Program-made: the position numbers and the translations under genes
The notes under the pieces: generated by a model
The model's input: the letters and a program-made list of their open reading frames with translations, nothing else
What the model was told of the DNA's origin: nothing
The model's database searches: none
Part shown: piece after piece, positions 57,601-64,000 of the stretch
Layout of the letters: the number at the start of each line of letters is the position of its first letter
Position numbering within the stretch: the first letter of the stretch is position 1
From: a virus
Length of the DNA stretch: 64,000 nucleotides
Virus record (IMG/VR): IMGVR_UViG_3300037423_000600
Location: 1-64,000 of that record
Strand: one strand, 5' to 3'

Positions 57601-58697
57601 TTTCTGGAGGGACCCGCACTTTATTACGCGGTGGGGGTGGACTCTTAGGCGGCATCGGGAAACTCGGATTGTCCCTCGGAAAAGGCTTGCTAGGCGGGTT
57701 AGGTAAGGTGTTACTCGGCGGGGTTCCTTTCCTATTTAAGGCGGCCTTTAGGCTTATCCCTATCATCGGCTGGGCTCTCTCGGCTTGGGAGATTATCTCG
57801 CTTATCTGGGAGAATTGGGAGCCGATTAAGAAAGGCGCGGCTAAAGCGTGGAACTGGATTAAGACTGAGGGTGTAACCAAGATGCGGCAGGCGTGGGAAT
57901 GGGTCAAAACGGATGGGGTGATGTACCTCGGCCAGTTCTCGGATTGGTTCGTGAATACCGGGCTCCCGGTGGCTACTCAAGGTCTGATTGACGGCTTCTC
58001 CGCCGCGTGGAATTGGGCGAAGGATGACGGTGTGAAGTATCTCGGGGAATTTGCGGATTGGTGGTACTTTACTGCGCTTCCGGCCATCGGCAAGGCCCTT
58101 GTTGATGCGATGTCGAGTGCGTGGACCAAGGTAAAGGAGAATTTGTCCGACTCCACATGGCTCCCGGATTGGATGAAGAAGCTTCTTGGCATCGAGGTTA
58201 AGCCTACGGGCGGAACGGCCTCCACCGGAAACACGCTGGCAAGCGAGGCTACCAAAACCTTCGGGCTGGTTCAAAAAGGAGCTACCTTCTTCAATTACGC
58301 GACTCATCCGGTCGATGCGGCCATTACTGATATCGGCGGTAACCTCATCAAGAAGGCGGCGCAGAAGGCTTTAGGGTACCCGTCCTCTCACGTAGGTTCT
58401 AAAGTCGAGGATGAAGGTCTGGTTAACGTGGCTCCCGGCGAGGTTATCCTCCGGGATAGAACGGTTCGGGACTTCGAGAACTATGTCGCCTCTTCTAAAG
58501 CGGCCAATCGTTCGGCGGCTCCGGCAGGCGGAGGAGATACATCCATCAACTTCGCTCCGGGTGCGGTCACAATCAATCTGGCGAATGCGTCCCAAGGTGA
58601 AATCCAGCGGGGTGCGCGGCAGTTGTTCGAGGAGTTCAAGCGTATGGTGGAGACAGAAAATATGCGGAATTACCGTTCCGCTCGGGCGAAAGGGTGA
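54690..58697 (+). CDS. Tape measure protein
   Basis: 1335 aa, helical, hydrophobic segments, Trp-periodic repeats (AWNW.K..G), canonical position. Confidence 0.92.
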   Translation: MVMFGSIIHVGINFITQNLGKALSGLNQLAGAFQQAHQQAQIFANGVNTVVNQTNNGMSRLRKALQHNWANEYRSLVNGLNMSHEDALESITKKYDNQWREIANKYQSLVMGSVALSMSGIGLKNVGLGLGGFLKESVDQATQYELVMKQISWYGKETVKTDQDRLKLNREIFQLGRDLPVTTSEVATSMLTAMKTGYSDLNDAIAMGKEASKIQFMSMGKLKGEDSLKFVNLARQLMGVDAQKASSVTDAILKTADVSALDPEGLFRAMMSSRSAKENLKLDNASFFALLGGMGNVLNERGAGEALNVFSRGQLQAFGSKPDSKRGKLWNMLGIDLEKEGDDMLAVIDKVVNRSHELWGDTFTRREKLMDIFGNDALTLLSAYEVNKRNSGMTLTEMRNQIQAATGTKDARGKSYSDNAVDTFTNSMYGLQEQLKGVREQFYILFGLAIGPGFNLIVKQLTNMLSGINRFLEDHPKIARYTGYILGMAAAFTVAAGSLLLFAGLIVGTYSSIMAFTTNMIRNTRVAELLGMQMSTTGDLINNKFINPAKKALMFMGRMALASGLLYLAWRYDFLGLRTYTESFTTRFQIAMKRVDETMNLFRNGSVKDFVSSFQDLGNRGFWGGLTRGIVSFMALMDGVFQAWSGNTISKDMYDKLKGAGLLKALELILDVKQAVTDLWTGFVAGVSEGAKILWPILKPLWEFAKWAYEKVTGILEHFGLMKNVQSGLTSDWQKMGGSIGLIVGGLIALKIGVKAWSVALGTPLKAMWNIYKVMRLLISGGKNFGNWFKGGGPGRMAGGGSARAANGAFNGLMRIGGWVFGTKQTRLAANALNNLRNKNRTFIPQPNQLNLPGPTNRNAAQNRMAWLADKFGGGEMIQRNGRANSVRSRGFLGRLTDTLLGRRLMVERAANGTLGVRGRDAQGRGTYRFLTQAEKQEFQQRGALRRGGLFRNIGNFWEGWVKHSSKQGIVSGGTRTLLRGGGGLLGGIGKLGLSLGKGLLGGLGKVLLGGVPFLFKAAFRLIPIIGWALSAWEIISLIWENWEPIKKGAAKAWNWIKTEGVTKMRQAWEWVKTDGVMYLGQFSDWFVNTGLPVATQGLIDGFSAAWNWAKDDGVKYLGEFADWWYFTALPAIGKALVDAMSSAWTKVKENLSDSTWLPDWMKKLLGIEVKPTGGTASTGNTLASEATKTFGLVQKGATFFNYATHPVDAAITDIGGNLIKKAAQKALGYPSSHVGSKVEDEGLVNVAPGEVILRDRTVRDFENYVASSKAANRSAAPAGGGDTSINFAPGAVTINLANASQGEIQRGARQLFEEFKRMVETENMRNYRSARAKG

Positions 58698-58703
58698 TAG
58701 GGT

Positions 58704-59183
58704 ATGGCGCGAGAACAAGTCAAAAAAGCCTACATCCAAAACAACGCCACGAATGACATCATGGAGTTTCAATTTAATCCACCGGAGTTTAATGACAAGC
58801 TGGGGGTTGAGTTCTCTGAACTCTCCTCCCCGGGGATGTCGGCTCCGATGTTTCAATACATCGGCGGGAAGGCTCGTGTGGTGACGTTTGAACTCTACCT
58901 TAATGCGTGGACGGGGTATCGGGGACAGGTTCCTATTGGGCCGTCGCCGGAAGGGGTGGTATCGGACCTGTATGTTAAGGCTCCGATACGATTCCTCCAC
59001 TCGTTCCTACCTCCGGCGGACGCAGGCAAAACCTTTAGTCCACCGCCGACTATGACGTTCGCATGGGGATGGTTTGTAAAAACTTGTATCCTTACGGACT
59101 TGGATATCAATTACACCCGGTTCAACGCTCAACTTGACCCGATTGAGGCGAAGGTAAATCTGACGTTGACCATCTTGGAATAG
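58704..59183 (+). CDS. Tube-initiator / baseplate-proximal tube protein
   Basis: FQFNP.E, QYIGG..R...FEL, PPP...FAWG. Confidence 0.75.
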   Translation: MAREQVKKAYIQNNATNDIMEFQFNPPEFNDKLGVEFSELSSPGMSAPMFQYIGGKARVVTFELYLNAWTGYRGQVPIGPSPEGVVSDLYVKAPIRFLHSFLPPADAGKTFSPPPTMTFAWGWFVKTCILTDLDINYTRFNAQLDPIEAKVNLTLTILE

Positions 59184-59194
59184 GAGGCGGGCTT

Positions 59195-59500
59195 ATGGCA
59201 ATTTATCGCGGCTCCCGATATGAAAAAGTCATCGTAACCAATCAAATCGTAAAAGGCCGAGTCCGCCCTACTTTCCGGCGGAGGACGCTAAAGCCGATTG
59301 TGGCTCTTAACGGAGTGGTGCATACGTGGATTCAAGGTGATAGGCTGGACACCTTGGCTTACAAGTATTATGGTGACGCTCAGAAATGGTGGGTTATACT
59401 CGACGCAAATCCCCGGTTTATGACTCCTTTTGACATCCGGCCGGGCGATACGCTGTCGATTCCTTCCTACCAAGACGTTCGGAGGTCTTTAGGCTTATGA
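59195..59500 (+). CDS. LysM / tail-X-like baseplate protein
   Basis: GDRLDTLAYKYYGD...WWVILDANP.....PGDTL.IP. Confidence 0.85.
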   Translation: MAIYRGSRYEKVIVTNQIVKGRVRPTFRRRTLKPIVALNGVVHTWIQGDRLDTLAYKYYGDAQKWWVILDANPRFMTPFDIRPGDTLSIPSYQDVRRSLGL

Positions 59501-60348
59501 GTGCGGAGTACGATTACAGGTCAATCCTTGCTCCCTATTACGAGGTATGGCTTGGAGGCAGGCAACTGGAGGGGTTGGAGAACCAGCTTATCCGGGATGT
59601 GGTCTACGAGGACACTTCCTCCGGTTCCGACCTTCTCATTATTACCTTCCAAGACCCGGACTTTAACATCATTGACAGCCCATTGGTGATAAAGGCTTCT
59701 CCGGTGAAATTCGTCGGCGGGTGGTTGTTTGATAATAAGGAATTGTTTGATGGGTATATCGCTCAGGCGGAAGTCGATTTCCCTAAAGATGGAGTACCTA
59801 CTCTTACGGTAACCTGCATGGACAAATCCTACGTTATGGACCGGATAGAGAGGTACGAAGTCTACAAGGATATGCGGTATGACCAGATTGCTACAAAGAT
59901 TGCTCAACGGAACGGGCTCTCTATTAAGACTCAGCCCGCCCCGTTTGACAAGAAGCCAAGCGGGAAGGACCGGGAAAATGTCACGCAGTCGCAGAAAACA
60001 GACATTCAATTTCTCACGGATTTAGCCAACGACATTGAATGGTTATGTTGGGTAAAGGGGGACACTCTTTACTTCCTCCCGCCGGATTACAGCGCGGAAC
60101 CTGCTAAAACTTACTGGTGGCGGCGGCCGCCGTTTAATCTCCTTTCCTTTAATCCAAAATTGGTTCATGCGGATACTACGGACGGCATTTCTACCGGAAA
60201 TATCGACCCCGTAACCGGAAAGCCTACCAATGATACGGCTGATTCGGGTACTCAGGTAGACCGCTTGGGCGAAAAGAAAGACAAACCGGGTATGAAATAC
60301 GACCCGTATACAAATAGCTGGCGGGAAGCAGGTGAGGTAGATGGCTGA
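59497..60348 (+). CDS. Baseplate hub (gpD / late control D-like), N-terminal part
   Basis: FDGYI, FP..G.PTL.V...D, IA..IA.RNGL, Q...TDIQFL..LA. Confidence 0.8.
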   Translation: MSAEYDYRSILAPYYEVWLGGRQLEGLENQLIRDVVYEDTSSGSDLLIITFQDPDFNIIDSPLVIKASPVKFVGGWLFDNKELFDGYIAQAEVDFPKDGVPTLTVTCMDKSYVMDRIERYEVYKDMRYDQIATKIAQRNGLSIKTQPAPFDKKPSGKDRENVTQSQKTDIQFLTDLANDIEWLCWVKGDTLYFLPPDYSAEPAKTYWWRRPPFNLLSFNPKLVHADTTDGISTGNIDPVTGKPTNDTADSGTQVDRLGEKKDKPGMKYDPYTNSWREAGEVDG

Positions 60349-60934
60349 CCAAACCGGAGTGCAGTATGACTCACACACTCATTCATGGAAAGAGATTTAC
60401 GGACCTACGGAGGACACGTCTACCTCCCCGGTCCAGCCTCAGAACTCCCCCTCTACCCCTACGGCTTCCGGCGGTGGTGCGGAAGGAGACTCGGCCAAGA
60501 AGTTCCGAGATAGGGAGTTTAACTTGGAAGGAACGGCGGCCATAATGCCGAGCCCCCACACCGAGGCCCGGACGGTTGTCGAATTTATGGGCTTAGGGGC
60601 CCAATTCTCCGGAAGGTACTATGTCAAGACTGTCCGTAGTACGTGGTCTAAAGATGGCGGATATACGCAAGAACTTGAGGTTAAACGTAATGGTTTTGCC
60701 GGATTTACCACTCCTATTCCTACCCCGGCGGAGACGAGTCCAAACCGTCAACCTAGGGCACAAGTCCCGGTAGAAAATGATGCTACATACTACACAGTCA
60801 AACAAGGTGATACGTTATGGTCCATTGCAAAACAGTTTTATGGGGATGGCAAGGAATACACAAAAATTTCTACGGCCAATAACCTTGCGAACCCGAGCGA
60901 TATAGCGGCGGGGCAGGAATTGCTTATTCCATAG
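60341..60934 (+). CDS. Baseplate hub C-terminal part fused to LysM
   Basis: GLGAQFSGRYYVKTV...GYTQ..EVKRN; YTVKQGDTLWSIAKQFYG...IP. Confidence 0.8.
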   Translation: MADQTGVQYDSHTHSWKEIYGPTEDTSTSPVQPQNSPSTPTASGGGAEGDSAKKFRDREFNLEGTAAIMPSPHTEARTVVEFMGLGAQFSGRYYVKTVRSTWSKDGGYTQELEVKRNGFAGFTTPIPTPAETSPNRQPRAQVPVENDATYYTVKQGDTLWSIAKQFYGDGKEYTKISTANNLANPSDIAAGQELLIP

Positions 60935-60947
60935 GGAGTGATAACGG

Positions 60948-61397
60948 ATGGCAGATTACGGCTTTGGCTTGGAACGAAAGGACCGAAACTACGGGACAAC
61001 CTTCTTTGGGAAATACCGTGGCGAGGTCATTGATATAGAGGACCCGCTTAAGATGGGCCGGATAAAGGGACGATGCCCAAGAGTCCTCGGGCCTTTAGGG
61101 GAAACAAATTGGGCTTTACCCAATCTCCCGCCGGGCTTTAAGTGTCTGCCGCAGGTAGGCGACAAGGTATGGTTCGAGTTTGAGGAAGGGGACCCTGACT
61201 ACCCGATATGGACCGGGGTATGGTTCACGCAGGACGAGTATACGCCAGAAACGACGGAATTGGTCCTCACGGCGGAGACGGTATTTATGAATGACCGGAA
61301 GCCTTTAGAGGAATTGGATACCCAACAGGAAGAACTCGACGCTCACCAAGACACGCTTGATAATCACGAATCACGGATTTCTAGTCTGGGGGGATAA
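60948..61397 (+). CDS. Baseplate spike (gp5/gpV OB-fold)
   Basis: GKYRGEV.D.EDP..MGRI...P, WALP, P.VGD.VW.EFE.GDPDYPIW.G. Confidence 0.88.
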   Translation: MADYGFGLERKDRNYGTTFFGKYRGEVIDIEDPLKMGRIKGRCPRVLGPLGETNWALPNLPPGFKCLPQVGDKVWFEFEEGDPDYPIWTGVWFTQDEYTPETTELVLTAETVFMNDRKPLEELDTQQEELDAHQDTLDNHESRISSLGG

Positions 61398-61400
61398 TGG

Positions 61401-61814
61401 ATGGCTGAATTGGGCTACTCTGGACTTTCCTTCCCGCCGCGTATTGGAGCTAAAGGCGGGTGGGTGATGACTTCGACTGACCCTACGGATATTGCTCACA
61501 TTAAAGAGAGTATCCGGCAAATTATTGGGACACGCATCGGAGAACGGGTAATGGAACCGACCTTCGGCGCGGACATCCCGGATGTGGTGTTTCGCAGTAT
61601 GGATATCACCACAGCGAACTTGCTCCGGTTTAAAATTACCGAAGCCTTAACCAAATGGGAGCCTCGGATTCAGGTAAAGAATATCTCCGTGACTTGGGTT
61701 AATGAAACCGGGCATGAGTTTGAAGGGGCTATGATAGCGGTAATTGACTTTACGGTTCTCCGTACCCGGCTGGATAGTTCGGTGACGGTGACTTTCAGAA
61801 GGGAGGCGGCGTAA
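61401..61814 (+). CDS. Baseplate wedge protein (gp25/gpW-like)
   Basis: IKESIRQI.GT..GERVM.PTFG, AL..WEPRI. Confidence 0.9.
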   Translation: MAELGYSGLSFPPRIGAKGGWVMTSTDPTDIAHIKESIRQIIGTRIGERVMEPTFGADIPDVVFRSMDITTANLLRFKITEALTKWEPRIQVKNISVTWVNETGHEFEGAMIAVIDFTVLRTRLDSSVTVTFRREAA

Positions 61815-61817
61815 CCC

Positions 61818-63584
61818 ATGGCAAATTTACAACCGATTGACTATACCTCGAAGGACTATGAAGCCTTTAGGACAGACCTTATTAATCAGGCTTCCCGTAA
61901 GCTTCCCAACTGGACGGACTTCTCTCAGTCGGACCCGGGCGTTACGATGATTGAATTATTCTCTATGGTAGGAGATATCCTCTCTTACTACCTCGACCGG
62001 ACGGCGAATGAGGTTTACCTTCCTACGGCAACTCAACGCAGTTCGGTTATGGATATCGCTAAAGGCTTAAGCTATACGCTTCGCCCGGCCCTGCCGTCCC
62101 AAACATCCTTAGTATTTGAGATTCAGCCGCAGGCGCAGAACTTCGTTATCCCGAAGGGATATCCGGCCTCCACGGAGCAGACGGCGTATGAGGATGCGAT
62201 GTACTTCGAGACGGACACGGACCTCACCATTCCGGCCGGGGCCACCGGGCTAGAGCAGGATGGGAGTGGGAATTACCTTTACACGGTAACGGCAACTCAA
62301 GGCATTACGATTAAAAATGAAATTCTCGGCTCCTCCACCGGAACACCGAATCAGTCGTTTGCGCTCAAATACACTTCGGCCATTAATGCGCCAAGTTTGG
62401 GCTACGGTACGGTGCAAATCTCGGTTAACGAGGGTGCAGGGTACGAGCTTTGGACGGACATTACGGACGCGCCGGAATCGGTACCGGAAACTGGGAAGGG
62501 CTTTACGACCTTCGAGGATGAGAACGGAACTACGTGGATTCAATTTGGTGACGGTATCTCCACCAAGATTCCCTCTTCCGGCGTAAGCAACGTGAGAGCT
62601 ACTTACCGGGTCGGTGGCGGATTCAATACGAATGTTGGCGCGGGGACGGTAAAGGTTCTGCAATCGCCTTTAGTCGGACTAAAGTCGGTGTCCAATATTG
62701 TTTCGGCTACAGGAGGTCTGGATAAGGAAACTATCGCAGAAGCTAAGGTAATGGCCCCTCAACTCCTCCGGTCCTCGGCCCGCGCTGTAACCAAGTCGGA
62801 TTACGAGACATTGGTGAAGAGTGTTCCCGGGGTGGCTAAGGCTTCGGCGGAAGTAGATGCGGCCAACAACAATCAGGTGAATGTTACTATCGCTCCGGTC
62901 GGCGGCGGGCTCCCTACGGAAGAACTCCGGCAGGCGGCGTTTGAGAAGTTGGATGGCGTGAAGCTTATCACGACTCAGCTTGACATCAAGGACCCCTCTT
63001 ACCTTAACGTAAACCTGTCAATTACGATAAAGGTTTTGGACGGCTTTTCTCAATCCGAGGTCCGTACTTATGGCGACGAGGAGATAAATGATATCTTCGC
63101 CTTCGATAACCGGGATTTTGGACAAGGGGAGTATATCTCTCGAATCTATCAACGGCTCAACCCGCTTCAAGGTATTGAGTACGTATCGGTTAATCGTATG
63201 ACTGTTCAGCCTCGGGTGGATTGGATTACGGTATCCGGCAATCCCACATGGAGCCCGGTTACGGTTACCTCAGGGAATGCCCTCGACGGCAAATGGCGGG
63301 TGAAGATGACTTCGGCTACGGCCTTCTCTGTGGATTTCGACTCGGCTGGAGACGGTACGTTTGCTTCACCTAAAGGGGCAGGCACCTTCGGGAGTTTGTT
63401 TACCTCCAGCGGAGGAGAGCTGTCGTTTACTATCACGGCCGGGAGTATCCCATGTGCGACTAACGACTTCTGGACCTTTAGAACCACGCCGTACTTAGGG
63501 AACATCATTCCGAACAAGAATGAAATTCTACTGTTGAACGTTTCCGGGTACACGGTAACCATGGAGGGAGGGTACGTTGACTAA
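61818..63584 (+). CDS. Baseplate wedge protein (gpJ/gp6-like)
   Basis: IDYTSKDYE, WTD....DPG, FGDG, YRVGGG..NV, GG.D.ET, RAVT..DYE. Confidence 0.9.
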   Translation: MANLQPIDYTSKDYEAFRTDLINQASRKLPNWTDFSQSDPGVTMIELFSMVGDILSYYLDRTANEVYLPTATQRSSVMDIAKGLSYTLRPALPSQTSLVFEIQPQAQNFVIPKGYPASTEQTAYEDAMYFETDTDLTIPAGATGLEQDGSGNYLYTVTATQGITIKNEILGSSTGTPNQSFALKYTSAINAPSLGYGTVQISVNEGAGYELWTDITDAPESVPETGKGFTTFEDENGTTWIQFGDGISTKIPSSGVSNVRATYRVGGGFNTNVGAGTVKVLQSPLVGLKSVSNIVSATGGLDKETIAEAKVMAPQLLRSSARAVTKSDYETLVKSVPGVAKASAEVDAANNNQVNVTIAPVGGGLPTEELRQAAFEKLDGVKLITTQLDIKDPSYLNVNLSITIKVLDGFSQSEVRTYGDEEINDIFAFDNRDFGQGEYISRIYQRLNPLQGIEYVSVNRMTVQPRVDWITVSGNPTWSPVTVTSGNALDGKWRVKMTSATAFSVDFDSAGDGTFASPKGAGTFGSLFTSSGGELSFTITAGSIPCATNDFWTFRTTPYLGNIIPNKNEILLLNVSGYTVTMEGGYVD

Positions 63585-64000
63585 TGGCGACGACAATCCT
63601 GAATCTAAAGGGAGAGGCTACGCTTCTCCCCCGTGTTATTAAGCTGTCATGGAAGAATCCGACCGACCCGGCTTTTGTGGAAGTGGCGGTTCATCGTCGG
63701 ATGGATGACTTCCAAGTGGACCCGCTGAACCCTTTTGGGGTGGAGGTTTACCGGGGGACGGCCACGGAAATCTATGACTATCATTTGTCTCTTCCGGCCA
63801 AAACAAAACTAACAGACGTTCCGGATGTCTATGATATAATCAAGTTAGGTAATGGAAACGAATCTCAATTTCTCCAAGGCGAATCTCTTTATTATTACAC
63901 GGTGTTTGCCGTCGATAGTGAGGGGAATTATTCGGCCAACCAAGCCACGATGACGGTTGTAAAGCCCATCAAGGAATACTTTATGGGCCAATTTATGTAC
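63584..64000 (+). CDS. Baseplate/tail protein with FN3-like domain, 3'-truncated
   Basis: TAATG-coupled; IKLSWKNP...YYYTVFAVDSEGNYS; open to the window end. Confidence 0.7.
   Translation, partial: MATTILNLKGEATLLPRVIKLSWKNPTDPAFVEVAVHRRMDDFQVDPLNPFGVEVYRGTATEIYDYHLSLPAKTKLTDVPDVYDIIKLGNGNESQFLQGESLYYYTVFAVDSEGNYSANQATMTVVKPIKEYFMGQFMY

Noticed and set aside
260-63562. Numerous minus-strand ORFs in the six-frame track
   Set aside because: They lie antisense to well-supported + strand genes, lack RBSs and recognisable motifs, and look like shadow ORFs.
51617-63584. Extracellular contractile injection system or tailocin
   Set aside because: The tail genes resemble eCIS components, but terminase, portal, scaffold, capsid and a full replication module are contiguous, so this is a phage.
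1-64000. Integrase, repressor or att site indicating a prophage
   Set aside because: None recognised in this window and no host genes flank the phage genes, so lifestyle cannot be determined here.

Overview
The whole window is part of a large tailed-phage (myovirus) genome from a spore-forming Firmicutes host (spoVS and yyaC homologues, GGAGG ribosome-binding sites, sigmaA-type promoters). Essentially every credible gene is on the + strand. Layout: (1) 1-17.5 kb, replication/recombination/nucleotide metabolism (SF2 helicase, gp32-like SSB, family A polymerase, RecA, class II RNR, Cas4-like nuclease, divergent ThyX-like protein, RuvC-like resolvase, Tmk, MazG-like). (2) 17.5-26 kb, a DNA-modification island combining 7-deazaguanine genes (queE, folE, queC, dpdA-like) with an NDP-sugar pathway (HAD phosphatase, cupin, HldE-like nucleotidyltransferase and kinase), two GT9-like glycosyltransferases and a deaminase. 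(3) 26-40.5 kb, small accessory/early genes with many promoters, terminators, operators and structured RNAs. (4) 40.6-64 kb, terminase, portal, capsid, neck, contractile tail and baseplate. The main observation: a ~1.09-kb transcription unit (39428-40513) has no isolated G on the + strand (every G lies in a GG+ run), and a second gene region (38111-38490) has only one. I infer these are first-expressed genes purged of sites for a bulky, context-dependent base modification, plausibly made by the island. Also notable: about 100 fairly evenly spaced CTTTAG hexamers on the + strand, three clusters of CTTWAG-N3-CTWAAG palindromes about 20 kb apart, and strong GATC depletion. All counts were made by eye and all protein calls rest on motif recognition, not database searches.
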